Positions 47,901 through 60,931 of a stretch of 64,000 nt of DNA are shown here, piece after piece. Below the pieces are notes generated by a model, which saw only the letters and a program-made list of their open reading frames with translations, searched no databases and was not told the DNA's origin. The DNA is taken from the NCBI GenBank assembly GCA_013239625.1, contig MU054032.1, forward strand, positions 310,001 through 374,000, read 5' to 3'. The translations under genes were made by a program, and so were the position numbers. The number at the start of each line of letters is the position of its first letter. Position 1 is the first letter of the stretch. This DNA is from Lama guanicoe. Its lineage: Eukaryota.

Positions 47901-50900
47901 CTGTGGCTATCGAGCTAGTGAATGCAGGAGCCAATGTCAACCAGCCGAATGACAAGGGCTTCACACCACTGCATGTAGCTGCCGTCTCCACCAATGGCGC
48001 GCTCTGCTTGGAGCTGTTGGTCAATAACGGGGCTGATGTCAACTACCAGGTGCCTGAAGGGATGAGTCTGAGACTAGTGGGGAGAGGAACCTGGCTCTGG
48101 GGGCCCTGACCGTATCGTCCCCACTGGATGATTCTCTGGGGAACTGTCCACTTGCTTCCTGGGCTGATCAGACCTTCCCAGGGACCCAGGAGGGTGTGGG
48201 CTGAGAAGATGTCCACACGATCACTCCGTTCTCAGAGACATGTCCTTTGGAAGGGGGAACAGGGCATTCTCCATGCTTTGCACTAGAAAAAAATGCCATG
48301 TTTCCACAGAGCAAAGAAGGGAAAAGTCCTCTGCACATGGCTGCCATCCATGGCCGTTTTACCCGCTCCCAGATCCTCATCCAGAATGGTACGGACTTGG
48401 GAGATTTTGTGATCTCTTCTCCTCCCCACCAGAGAACCCCTCCCTAGAAACCCCTTTCTTTCCTCATTCCATCTCCCACCCCGTCTTCCAATCAGGATGG
48501 GCACCTGGAGCTCTGAGCAAGGCACCTGTGGAAATGGCCCTGCTCTGCCTGCCCAGCCCCCTCAGGCTCACAAACAAGATAACACGTGTAGAAGGCTTAG
48601 CCTGGCCCCTGGCACATAACAAGCACTCAGACGGCAGCTAACTAGCGTAAGTGGTCTGAAGCCTAAGGTCTGAGTGTGTGGGTGTGCATCCCCCCTTCAG
48701 GCAGCGAGATTGATTGTGCCGACAAATTTGGGAACACGCCACTGCACGTGGCCGCTCGCTACGGACACGAGCTGCTCATCAGCACCCTCATGACCAACGG
48801 CGCGGATACCGCCCGGTGAGTCCAGCCCCCGACCCCACTTCTGGGCTGTCTCTGGTCTGAACAGACTGCTCACGTCAGACCTGGAGAGACCATGGAGAAG
48901 CTTCCACAGCGAAGCTCGCTGTCTCCTGGGCTGGTGGGAGGTCCCAGAAAAGAGGTCTGCAGCTGCACCCTCCTTGACCCGAGGCCTGAATCCCTCCACT
49001 CCTCCCCAGGCGCGGCATCCACGACATGTTCCCCCTGCACTTAGCTGTTCTCTTTGGATTCTCTGACTGTTGTCGTAAGCTTCTTTCCTCAGGTATGAGC
49101 TGACTGGTTTGGGGCTTGGGCAGGAGGGCAGAGGCCTTTCCCCAGTCTGCTCAGTGCCCTCACGTGGGATCTGTGGCTGTTCTGGCCCCGCAGGTCAGCT
49201 GTACAGCATTGTGTCTTCACTCAGCAATGAGCACGTGCTTTCAGCTGGGTTTGACATCAATACGCCTGACAGCCTTGGCCGCACCTGTCTTCATGCTGCT
49301 GCTTCTGGAGGGTGAGTTCTCTTCCCTCTCTCCCAGGTCTTGAGAGGAGGGCCTGTCAGCAAGGGCCTGGACCCCTCCTTTCCTGCCCGGAGCTCTCCCC
49401 TCTCACAGTGAGAGCAGTCGTGGCAGAGAGGGCTGTCCGGTTGCAACCTCCCTCAGCCCCTCCCTGGGGAGAAGCCAGAGGCGCTCTTTCCCTCCCTAAA
49501 CCTGTGTTCTCCTTCCTTCCAGGAATGTTGAATGTCTTAATTTGCTGTTGAGCAGTGGAGCTGACTTGAGGAGGAGAGACAAATTTGGAAGGTATGCTGA
49601 TGTGCAGGGGTATATATACATAGGGAACATCTGATTTGAGAGACAAGAGATGGAGGGTGGGGTGGGGAGTTGGAGAGTAAGTGAGGAGAACATTACAAAG
49701 CAGCTTTTGGCTGCACATCCAGTTGCATTTGGATCTGCCCCTGATTCTTTTACCTACCCTCCTCCACTTCTCCCCAGGACCCCACTGCACTATGCAGCCG
49801 CCAATGGCAGCTACCAGTGCGCCGTCACACTGGTGACTGCTGGGGCAGGCGTCAATGAGGCTGACTGTAAAGGCTGCTCTCCCCTCCACTATGCTGCTGC
49901 CTCTGACACCTACAGGAGGTGAGACGCCCACCTGGTTCTTCTCAGCCCCCACCCCCACCCAGGCTCCCCCCAGACTTCTTCCCTCTCCCTCCCCCAGGGC
50001 GGAGCCCCACTCATCTTCCACCCACGATGCTGAAGAGGATGAGCCGCTGAAGGAGTCCCGCAGGAAGGAGGCCTTCTTGTGAGTAGCTGCGGAGAGCCCT
50101 GGGGTGCGTTCTCCCAGCAGTGCTGACTCTGGTCCCCTTGTTCTCCCACCACCACCACCACCGCTGCTGCCCTGCACCTGAGCTTAGTCCTGGACTACGC
50201 ACTGTGGGCGCAGGAGACACGGTTCCTTCCCTCAAGGAATGATCTTGAAGGAACTAGAAAAGCCGAACATACAAATTCATTAGTTTATTCCAGAAGCATT
50301 ATTTGAGTATTTACTTAATAGGTACCAAGTGCTGTGCTAGGTAGTAAGGGTAAAAGATGAATTACCCCAAATTTCTGCTCTTTGAAAACTAATAATTTGT
50401 TGGGAAAGATAAGCAAAAGGGCACTTATACACTCTAACGTAAGATATTAATAATAGCAGAAATGGGGTGAGGGATATATGGAAACTCTGTATTATTTTCA
50501 CAGGTTTTAAAATTAAAGGCTTCTTTAAAAAAAAAATCCAAGAGGCTCAGCTGTGTGACCTTTAGCAAGTAACTTAACCTCTCTGTGCCTCAATTTCTTC
50601 ACTCATAGCAGGGATAAGAATAGTATCTACTTCATAGGATCATTATGAGGATTAAATGACTTAATACACATGGCGTACTTAGAGCAATGTTTGACACATA
50701 GTAAATACCATATTAATATTACTACTAGCACAACCACGACAACCTATGCGAATGGTGCCAATGGAGTACAGAGGGGGAGGCACCTGACTGGGAAGGTTGG
50801 GAAAGGTGTCACAGAGGAGGAGATTCTGGGAGCGAGTTTCAGATGAGTCGGACTCTTTCAGATGGGCTGGGAAGAGAAAGCAGGGGTTCAGCATGCCTGG

Positions 50901-53900
50901 AGATGGGCGAAGAGTGTGTCAATCAGCAGGTTGGTAACTGATGATTGTGCTCCAGGTTCTCTAGGAGAGCATTCACGAATAAAGGAGGGCATTGAAGCCA
51001 GGGCAGACCTGGTGGGTCTGGAGCTGGAGTTGAATGGACAGGAGTTAGCCTAGCAAGAGCAGGAGATGGGTGTTGGCCAGCTAGGCCTGGAGGGGCTCCC
51101 TCACCCTCTCCTGTGCCCCTTCCTGGCTGGGCCTGTCCCTGCCTCACAGTCTGTTCCTGCCCCCAGCTGTTTGGAGTTCTTACTGGATAACGGTGCAGAC
51201 CCCTCCCTGCGGGACAGGCAGGGCTACACAGCCGTGCACTATGCAGCTGCCTATGGCAACAGACAGAACCTCGAACTGGTATGTGTGGGACCTGGCCTGG
51301 AGGTGGGGAGCAGGGCAGGGCACGGCACACAGTCTACCTTTGTGTTTGTGGATTCTCAAACCAAGGGATGAATCGAATGTGGTCTCTAGATCCAGGGGCT
51401 AAGGGGATTGCTGTAGGGGGTTCAGGAGTAAAATCTTGGGAGTACCAGAACCTCAGCACCTACTGACTGTTCTGTCCATTGCAGCTCTTAGAAATGTCCT
51501 TTAACTGCCTGGAGGATGTGGAGAGCACCATTCCAGTCAGCCCTTTGCACTTAGCTGTGAGTCCCAGGTCTTTTCCTTTCGCCTTCCTTGTCCCTACCTG
51601 CCCCATTCCTACACACAGCTAGAAGCACCTGTGAGTCGGTCCTTGCTTCCACCTTCTTGTAGGGATGTGTTATGCAGGCAGGGGTCTGGAGAGAGGCCTG
51701 AGGAGCTCACAGCTGGGCGCAGGCCTGCTGCCTGGAGTCTCCCCGTGGGCCCTGAGAGCCAAGTAGGGGCAGTGTCCTGAGCTGTTTCCCTTGGTTGCCT
51801 GTGCCCCTCCAGGCCTACAACGGTCACTGTGAAGCCCTGAAGACACTGGCGGAGACGCTGGTGAATCTGGATGTAAGGGACCACAAGGGCCGGACCGCGC
51901 TCTTTCTGGCCACTGAGCGAGGCTCTACTGAGTGTGTGGAGGTGCTAACGGCCCACGGCGCCTCTGCCCTCATCAAGGAGCGCAAGCGCAAGTGGACACC
52001 CCTGCACGCTGCTGGTGAGCGCGCCCTTCAGGCTGCTCCCTCCCCTTGCCACCCACCCCAGGCTTCAGAGACTGGTCCCCAAATCCCTTCTGATTGGGAC
52101 CAGGCTTGGGAGTGGAGTAGGGTGAGGAGAATGGAAACTTCAAGTACTGATTTGCAGCCTCCTGTCCAGGTCTTCCCATAGCCTCCACCCTCAAGTCCTT
52201 TATGCTTTACCTGGTCTCCTCCCCCTCACTATTCCCTGACACAGGCCCCATTTCCTCCTAGCTGCCTCTGGCCACACTGATTCCCTGCACTTGCTGATCG
52301 ACAGTGGGGAACGAGCTGACATCACAGATGTCATGGATGCCTATGGACAGTGAGTGTGGGCCGGGTGTGGGGTGCAGGTTTCCCGTCCCTGCCGGGCCCA
52401 CACCCTTTCTCCTGCCCACTCTGTAGAACCCCACTGATGCTGGCCATCATGAATGGCCACGTGGACTGTGTACATCTGCTGCTAGAGAAAGGATCCACCG
52501 CTGATGCTGCTGACCTCCGCGGCCGCACTGCCCTCCACCGTGGGGTGAGTGAGCTGCTAGGTGGGTCACTCACAGATGGGCCTGGATATGGGAGCACAGG
52601 ACCCACCAGCAGTAAGACATCAGATTGTCCAGCAAGTGGGCCAGGATCTTGTGCCCACGGTCTTAGTGGGCATTACTGTGTCTGCTCCAGGATGCATATC
52701 TGACATCTGTAGCTAAGAGCCCTGATTACCTTGCTCTACAATCACATACGGCCACCTGCTCACTGCCCAGACTCTGTCCCAGGATACCCGGCTGGCCCTG
52801 TCCTGTTAGATAATGATGTCACTACCTTCCCCACCGTCACCTGTCCTATAGCCGCCTCCTCCTCGTCCCCTGGGATTCTTTGGCCCCTTAGTCTCCCTCT
52901 GCAAAGGGCCAGGATTGACTCTCGCCATCCTGATTGTCTGTTGGCATAGAATCAGGAAAGTGCTCCCTAACACTTAGAATCATTGCTGTAAAGACGGGTT
53001 GGAGCCTTGAAAGTGATTCTTCCTCCTGAGCCAGCCCTGGTGACTGGCCACTGGAAACAGAGTAGCTCCTCACCCTCACTCACACCCCCATGTCACCCAC
53101 AGGCAGTGACTGGCTGTGAGGACTGCCTGGCTGCCCTGCTGGACCACGACGCATTTGTGCTGTGCCGAGACTTCAAGGGCCGCACCCCCATTCACCTGGC
53201 CTCCGCCTGTGGCCACACTGCAGTACTGCGCACCCTGCTGCAGGCTGCCCTTTCCACAGATCCCCTGGATGCCGGGGTGGATTACAGCGGATACTCGCCC
53301 ATGCACTGGGCCTCCTACACTGGTGTGTTTCTGGGGCCTCTGGAGGCACAGCCATGTGTGTGTGTTGGGGGAGCAGACAAGGACAAGTGGGTTGAGGGAG
53401 GGACCTGGGTTGATCTGGAAGTGGAATGGAGTGTCAAGAGATGGGACAGGACAGACGTGGGGGACTTTGTTGTTTCTCTCCATCACCACTCTTCCCTCCT
53501 CGTACCCAGGACATGAAGATTGTCTGGAGTTGTTACTTGAACACAGCCCGTTTTCATACCTGGAAGGAAACCCCTTCACTCCTTTGCACTGTGCAGTGTA
53601 AGTCCCTTCCTACACCCTAGCCCTTCTCAAGGCTCTGTGATCTGGGCTTAGGACAGGCAGTCCGTTTCCCCTGCCCCTCCCACTCACCCTTCCTCTTTCC
53701 CCAGAATTAATAACCAGGACAGCACCACAGAGATGCTGCTGGGAGCTCTGGGTGCCAAGATTGTGAACAGCCGTGATGCCAAAGGACGGTGAGTGTTAGG
53801 AGCCAGGGAGAAGCCTCCGTTGCCTCTGGCTTCCTCTTCACTCGGGAGAAAGGGCCTTCCCTGTTTCACACTTCCCCGCCCCCTAGGACCCCTCTTCACG

Positions 53901-55576
53901 CCGCTGCCTTCGCGGACAACGTCTCTGGGCTCCGGATGCTGCTGCAGCATCAAGCCGAGGTGAACGCCACTGACCACACTGGCCGCACTGCGCTCATGAC
54001 GGCGGCTGAGAGCGGGCAGACCGCTGCTGTGGGTGTGTAGGGGACGCGTGGGGAAGGGAGGCGCTCCCCTGGGTTTTCACAAGATGGGTCAGCCCTGCCT
54101 GTGGGACTCAGGATACAGGAGGCATGTCTTTAGCTCTTTCCCCCTCTGCAGAGGGGATGCAAAGTGTGTGCAGATAGGAGGGTGGAGAGCCAGGATGGTG
54201 CTGCCCTGGAAGGGAGCGTCAGTCCGTTCTGCCCCTTTCCCTTGTAGAATTTCTGCTGTATCGAGGGAAGGCAGACCTTACTGTGCTGGATGAAAACAAG
54301 AACACTGCCCTCCACTTGGCCTGTAGCAAGGTACTGCCTGGGCTGCTGGTAGGGTCCAGGCTTGGTGAAGGGGGCTGGGTCTGGGGACCAAGAGCGTGCT
54401 CAGCGGAGGGCAGGACTGTCCAGCCTGTCTGACTGGTGGAATAGCTTTTTGTCCCCCTGCCATGCCCTCAGCTCCTACTGTCGTGCTTCCACTTCACGAG
54501 CCCCCACCCCCCGTCTCTCCCTCAGGGCCACGAGAAATGTGCCCTCATGATCCTGGCAGAAACCCAAGACCTTGGCCTTATCAATGCTACCAACAGTGCG
54601 CTGCAGATGTGAGTGCATGGGGAAGGGGTCTCCTGGCTGGGGGAGGCAGGTGGGTAAAGAAATTGCTGTCCACATCCCAGGGGCAGCGCACAGGATCCGC
54701 TCAGCACTCTTGCTCCCGTGGCTGGGGGTGGAAGTGCAGCAAGCTGCCTCCACACTCCTTCTTTTTCCTTTCTTCCAAGGCCACTACACATTGCTGCCCG
54801 GAATGGTCTAGCTTCTGTGGTGCAGGCCCTGCTGAGTCGTGGGGCGACAGTGCTGGCTGTGGATGAAGAAGGTGGGTGGGGTCCGGAGGCCCCCGCCTCT
54901 CCCAGGTTTGGGGTCAGGGATGTTCTTCAGGAGGTGACTTCTTAACCTTACTGGTTAAGAAACTGAATTTTCTTCACATGGGAAGTCTTCAGAGCAAGGC
55001 TCCAACACCAATACGCTAGCGTCTCTGAGGGGAGTCTGACGGAACTAGATGGAGGCAGCGGAGTGCTCAGGAAGACCTCCCACACACCTCAGTGTCCCAG
55101 CCTCCTGACCATCGGCTCTGCCCTTTACCCCATGCGTGGACAGTCTGCCTGTCAGCCTCCCTGGGCCCTCATAGCCCCTGAATTCTGACCATGCTGGGTC
55201 TTGCCTGCCTTGGCTACCCTGCACAGATAAGAGAGCTCAGGGCCTGGGGTGGGGGGGGTGGATGGGGTGGATGGGGACTCAGGGATGCAGGACCCTGGGG
55301 CTCAGTTCTCTGCTTTGCCCTGCAGGTCACACCCCGGCATTGGCCTGTGCCCCCAACAAAGATGTGGCAGACTGCCTGGCCTTGATCCTTTCCACCATGA
55401 AGCCTTTCCCACCCAAGGACGCTGTCAGTCCTTTCAGCTTCAGCCTGCTCAAGAACTGCAGCATCGCGGCAGCCAAGACGGTGGGTGGCTGCGGCGCCCT
55501 GCCCCACGGGGCCTCCTGCCCCTACAGCCAGGAGCGGCACGGCGCCATTGGGTTAGATGGCTGCTACTCCGAGTAG
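44200..55576 (+). CDS. ANKRD52: PP6 regulatory ankyrin repeat subunit C, 1076 aa, 28 coding exons
   Basis: Exons 44200-44226, 44537-44620, 45076-45154, 45354-45424, 46451-46651, 47175-47262, 47407-47549, 47837-48049, 48310-48388, 48701-48815, 49010-49092, 49194-49311, 49523-49591, 49778-49918, 49998-50078, 51167-51278, 51485-51556, 51813-52014, 52262-52349, 52427-52544, 53103-53322, 53510-53597, 53705-53788, 53887-54032, 54248-54330, 54526-54608, 54780-54871, 55326-55576 = 3231 nt; repeated TPLH ankyrin motifs. Confidence 0.97.
50545..50730 (+). mobile_element. MIR SINE
   Basis: AGCTGTGTGACCTTTAGCAAGTAACTTAACCTCTCTGTGCCTCAATTTC core. Confidence 0.85.
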
Positions 55577-58500
55577 CCCCTCCAGTGTCCCTCCCCCTGC
55601 CGGTGGCTTGATACCTTATTCTATTTATTTAGAAAAAGTCTATACATTTAGGGCACTTTAAAGGAGAACACGACTGGGTTGGGGGGCGGAGGGGGGAGAA
55701 AAGCACTGGGGAGCAGCTGCTCACCCCTTTGCCACACCATCCTGGCCTGGCAGGGCTCTGGGACTGACAGGGAGCACCCCAGGCCCTTGGTACCCCCAGG
55801 GCAATCCCTTCTGCCAAGTGTCCCAAAATGATTGCTCAATGCCTGGCTCCCCTTCTTTTATCCCCTCTCTCAGTCCCCCTTTCTGCTGCCAGCTCCCTCA
55901 ACTCTTCCCTCTGACTCTCCGCTCTGTCCCCTGCCCCTGCCAGGCAGATCCCTTCCTCTACTTCCATACCCATCACTGCCTCCCTGCTCAGCCGGCCCCT
56001 CCATCCCCGCAGCAGTGAGAAGCCTTAATTCCTGGTACTGTGTGAGCACTCTGGGGGTGTCCCCCTCCCCCTTCAGGGGCAGCTAGTGGACGAGGGGGGA
56101 GGGTATTTAGCACTGGGGCCTGGAGCTTTTCCCCCACTTCTGTTTCCCATCACCCCTAAAGTTCAAATGCAAAACACTTGAAGCAGCAACTACTGTACCT
56201 GGGCCCCAATCCTGCACTCTCCCTGGCTCCTCATATGCAAATCAAGGGCTGGTTCTGCCCCCACAGCCTGCCCCGCCCTGCTTCCCTCCCTGGCCTGGCC
56301 CCCTGACCACGCACTTTAACCTTGCTTCTTTCTTTTAACTTCTTTTGGGAGGGTGGAGCCTGTGGCCATTCCCCCTCTGGCTCTCCTCTCCCTTAACTTT
56401 GAGGCTTGTCATGAATTTTTAAGTAAGTATTTTATCCTTTAGGGGAAGAAACAAGTTAATTTCCTGCCCATTTCAAAACCACAGCCCTAGTATGTCCTCT
56501 GTGTTTCAGGCATGTGTTTGCATGTGTGTGGAGGGAGGGACCATATTCTTCCTCCTAGGCCCCCCAACCCCACAGCTCCTCTGTGCCCCGTCTGCCGCCA
56601 CCTTCTGTTAGGTCCAAGAGTACCCACCGCCCCCAGTCACTCCTGATCTGAAGCCAAAGATGGTGGGAGGGGCAGGGCAGACTAGGGACCGTGGCTACTT
56701 GAGGACCCAGGCTTCCCCTCTTGTGTGAGGATGAAGTTCTGATCTAGGGAGCGACGAATAGACACTGAGGCTTGGTTCCTGCCTTCCCAGCAGCGGGGAG
56801 AGAAGGGATTGAGCTAGGGGCTGCACTGAGAAGATTCCTAAAAGTCGCACCCCGAAAGCCAAACTGGGCTGGAGTGAGGAGGGGGCAGTTTTCTCTCTAA
56901 ATGTAGCATTGCATTTGGCCCTGGTCCCTTCAGATGCCCTGTCCATCCATCTCCTAGCCAAGCCTCCTGGACAGTTGGACCTGCTCCTGCAGCCCAGTGT
57001 TCCCTTCCTCACACTCAATACCTCAGCCAGGGGCCAAGACACAGAACTTGAATAGAGGTCATGCCCCCTCCGCCCCCACAGTGCATCCTTGCCCAGTTTG
57101 GCTGCCATCAGTATTGTCCCCTGAGAACTGGACAGGCTTCGTTTACACAGAACAGGGTCTCCCCCTGGGGGTCCCTCAGCCTCCTTCCCCCACCCACGCT
57201 TGCTTTATTCATGATCTTACCCCCTTTTCAGTTGTGTTCCCTGCAAGTCTTGCCACCCGTGCCAAGGGTGAGTTGAGGGGAGAGGGGGGCATCCCAGTGA
57301 CCCCTCCCCCCGACTGACACCCTTAGCCATACCTCATGCTGGTTCCCTGAAGCCTGGGGGTGTTTGTCCAAGTCCTTGTTCTTTTTGTCGTGGTCCCTTT
57401 TTGTCCCCTTTCTCTCTGTGTCTCGCTCCCCTCAACCCTCAGTTCCTAAACCATTTCAAAGCTTCCAAATGACCATTATTGGTGAGAAGGATTGTGCAGT
57501 TTTTAGTTTTTAGTTTTGTTTTTGAAGCCAAAGGGCCTTGCGACGCCCCTCTTGCCCACCTCCCTTCACACCCTATCCTCCCCTATACGACAATCAATGT
57601 GACCTCTCTTAAGGGCTGCAGCCCCCACCCCCAACCCTGCTGGTTCTGCAAAGCTTGCCCCCAACTTCAGTTCTCTCTCCTCAGATCTTCCCGTTCCACC
57701 CCCCTCTGCCTTCTCATTTTGGTGCTGGGAATTAGGTGTTGGGGGGCAGGGGAGTGGGGAGATGGGTCCTCCAGAGAAGACACTCGGGGTATCAGTCGTG
57801 TTCTCCTTTATCAATGTTTGGCGACGACAGGAAGAAGCTGAGTATTGTCAGGAGCCCCATCGTGCTAGATGAGATTTCTGGTGGCTGCCCGTTCCCTGCT
57901 GCGCCTTCAGCACCCGTCAGCAGTGCTGGGGCCGGTTGTGGGGAGTCCTCTGTGCCTCCTCATGTGGTCGTGAGGAGGCCTGGGGGATGGGCAGCCTCCT
58001 CTCCTTATGCCAAAGGAAACCCCACACCCTACCCCAGTCTCCCCAGCCCCTAGTGTCTTTGAAGCATTTTGACCATTCTCATGGCCACTGCATATTTATT
58101 TTAATGTTAAGTTGTTTTTTTTTTAAACCTCTTTGACTTAAACGGGTGTGGAGAAGTAAAACAGGCAGAATGCCCCCCAATCTTAAGGGGGTAGGGTGGG
58201 GAGGAAACATCTTCCCTTTGCCCTCCCTCTCCCCCTCCCCCTCCCCACCGCAGCTCTAAAGCACTTGCTTCAAGTAATAAGCACTTTTGAGAAAAGGCCT
58301 ATTTTAAGTGAGGACCCTGGGTGCAGCCCCAGGTCCCAGCAAAGGAGACAGAGCGAGGGCTACATAGGAGACAGGGAAACAGACGTGGGAATCAGAGGGC
58401 GAGATGAACAGAGCCAGTTTTTAGTTTCTGATTTTTGGGGAGCTGTTTCTGATTGGGCGGTGGCTTTGGTAGGGTTGTGTACTATCCTTCAGAAAAACAA

Positions 58501-60510
58501 ATGGCACAAACTGTGGGTCCCAGGATGGACCAACAGACCCAGGTCACTGCCACTGTCCAACTGAGACTGACGGGCCACCTCCCCCGCCCCGTGGCCCCCT
58601 GAGCCATAGGACTGCTGAAAACCACTGAATGTACAGCCCAGGTTGGGGTGGGGAGCAGCCCCTGGGGGAGGGGGCTTCTCCTTTTGTTTGGTGCTGTGGG
58701 GGGTGGGAGAGATGAGACTGAGGGACTGCCACCCCACTTAGACATGTGTTCCTTGGGGTGGAGGGGCTGAGGAGGGCTTGCCTCCCTCTCCAACCCCAGC
58801 CATGGCCCCTCTTCCTTCCTCACCCCTATCCGTTTTGACTGTAAGTCCAGCTCACCTTTGCCTTCAATATGTAACCAAAGGAAAACTCAATACTGTTTCC
58901 ACCGCTGTCTGCCCACCCGAGCACCTTCTTACTCCCCAGACTTAGGAGGGGAGAAGGGCGGGGGGGGACAGGGGGTGGGGGCCAGAGTGAACGGTTCTAC
59001 AGCTGTACCCCCAAAGCCTCCTCTGGGGTCTTGGAAGGGACCCTGGGAGAGAGGGTGTTGGGGCCAGGCTGGAGGGACTGGGAGCAGGCATGCTCAAGAT
59101 CTTGTGCACATGAGTGTGACTTCGTCTGAATGACTCCAGTGACTGCGCTCCAGAGGGAGGCCCCTTCCTCCTTCCCTCTCCGCCATTTCTCACCCTTTCC
59201 CCGCATCCAGTGTTCATACCCCACCTCCCCTTCCCACCACAAAGGAAAATAGCCTTACAGACCCTAGCCCAGAAACCCTCCTCCCGGGGCACACCAGCAC
59301 GGGGCCCCATCCCGCCTAGTTTGAACCCTACCTTTTAAGAAGGAGGGATAAGGAGCAAAGCAGCCCCTTCCCCTCCAATCGCGGCGACTCCAGCCCTCCG
59401 CGGCCGCGGCCCAGACTGGGCGAGCGCGGAGGTCAGGAATCCTTGAGGACCAAGCCCAGTGGTCTGGGAAGAGGGAGGTAGAGAGGGAAGGGTCTGACTT
59501 GGGGACCCCCTCCTCCTGACCCAACCCCTAGAGAAGCGACCAAATCCCAGAGATGGGAGGAAGCTGGGGTGGGGAGGGTCTGCTCTATGAATTACTTGAA
59601 GGTACTGACTCCAAGGCTGCTGTTGCCCACTTAGGTGTGAGGGGGACACTGTCATTGCATTTGGGAGGGCGGAGGGTGGCGGGTGACGAGAGGATCTGCC
59701 CTTGGCCCTCGCTCACTCCTGCTAGGCCCTTTCCCTGAGGAGCCTGTCTTTGTCCCCAGGGAAGCCGGGGCGAGCCTGCCCCTCCCACCTCCGTCCCTCA
59801 CTCTGGGCACCCTCTCCAATTGCACTAAATTAGCTGTGTGCCAGTCTTACCCCACACCACACAGGGTGGGGTCTCTGCTTCCAGTCCTTTCTCCCCACTG
59901 CCTCTGCTCCCATCCCAGACAATCTCCTTGATCCCCTGTATTCCTGGATAGCTCAGCTTTGTGTGTGTGTGTTTGGGGGGTGGGGGTGGGTTCTGGCTGG
60001 AGTGGGTTTGGTTGGGGTTTGGGAAGGGCTAGGGGGAAGATGGAGGATGCAGCCTTCTACCCCCTTCCTTAACTCCAAGCCACAGAAGCCTGGGAGGGAG
60101 GGTGCCTCCACTCGCTGCCGTGTGTCTTGCAGATGTGCCAAAATGTGGGTGGGGGGAGGGGAGGGTGCCTGGCAGAGCGGCCTCCAGGGTGGCTCTCTCA
60201 AAGCAATACAGTTCCTCCTGCCTGGGGGATGGCAAGACAGGGGAGAGGGTTGGGTTAGGGACCTGGGGGTTCCCTGTGTACAGCTGTGTATTTTCAGGGG
60301 TGTTCTCTGTCTGGTACCCACTGTGGGCGTCTCTGTGTGTGTGAACCTCCCCTTCCCTGTGCCCTGCATGACCTGTGATGCTGCAGACACCACCATCCTG
60401 TGTGCAGGGGTGTGTTGGGGGCACTGAGGGGCATGTCCCATGTCCTGTTGCACCCTCCACCCTGTGACCCATGTACTCGGTTGTAGGAAGTAAAGAGAAC
60501 TGAGCACAAT
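55577..60510 (+). other. ANKRD52: Probable 5-kb ANKRD52 3' UTR
   Basis: No obvious interspersed repeats; first convincing signals I saw are AGTAAA 60489-60494 (with upstream TGTA) and AATAAA 60631-60636. Confidence 0.6.
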
Positions 60511-60830
60511 TCACTGGATTCTAGTTGAATCTTTCTCTAAGCAATGTTCCCCTTCCTGCCCTTCTCCCTGCCCTGGATCCACCTGTGGTGCTAGTGTTGG
60601 GGTTGGGGGTGATTAATGCTGGTGGGCAGCAATAAAGGGCAGACCTGCCCAGATGCCTGTATCCCCAGGGTGCTGAGGGCAGCAGGAAAAAGTGGGGACT
60701 TCAGTGCATTTGCCCCACCCCTCCCCCTCCTCCCTGGGCTAAAGCACAATGCTCTCCCCGCAAATTGCAGATCGCAGATCTTTGCACCCTGCATCCTCGA
60801 GCCCCCCACATGGCTTTGGGATGGGTTCTG

Positions 60831-60836
60831 TTTATT
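60831..60836 (-). terminator. SLC39A5 polyadenylation signal
   Basis: TTTATT on +, about 95 nt past the stop. Confidence 0.75.
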
Positions 60837-60931
60837 AAAATCCTATTGCTCCTACTGGCCCTGTGTCCCGCTTCCATTCCTGTGGTTGGGGGGAAGGAAG
60901 GGCAACCTGGACGCCTTTCCACTGGCCCCCA

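Noticed and set aside
49356..50177. 273-aa minus-strand ORF
   Set aside because: Antisense shadow of ANKRD52 exons and GC-rich introns
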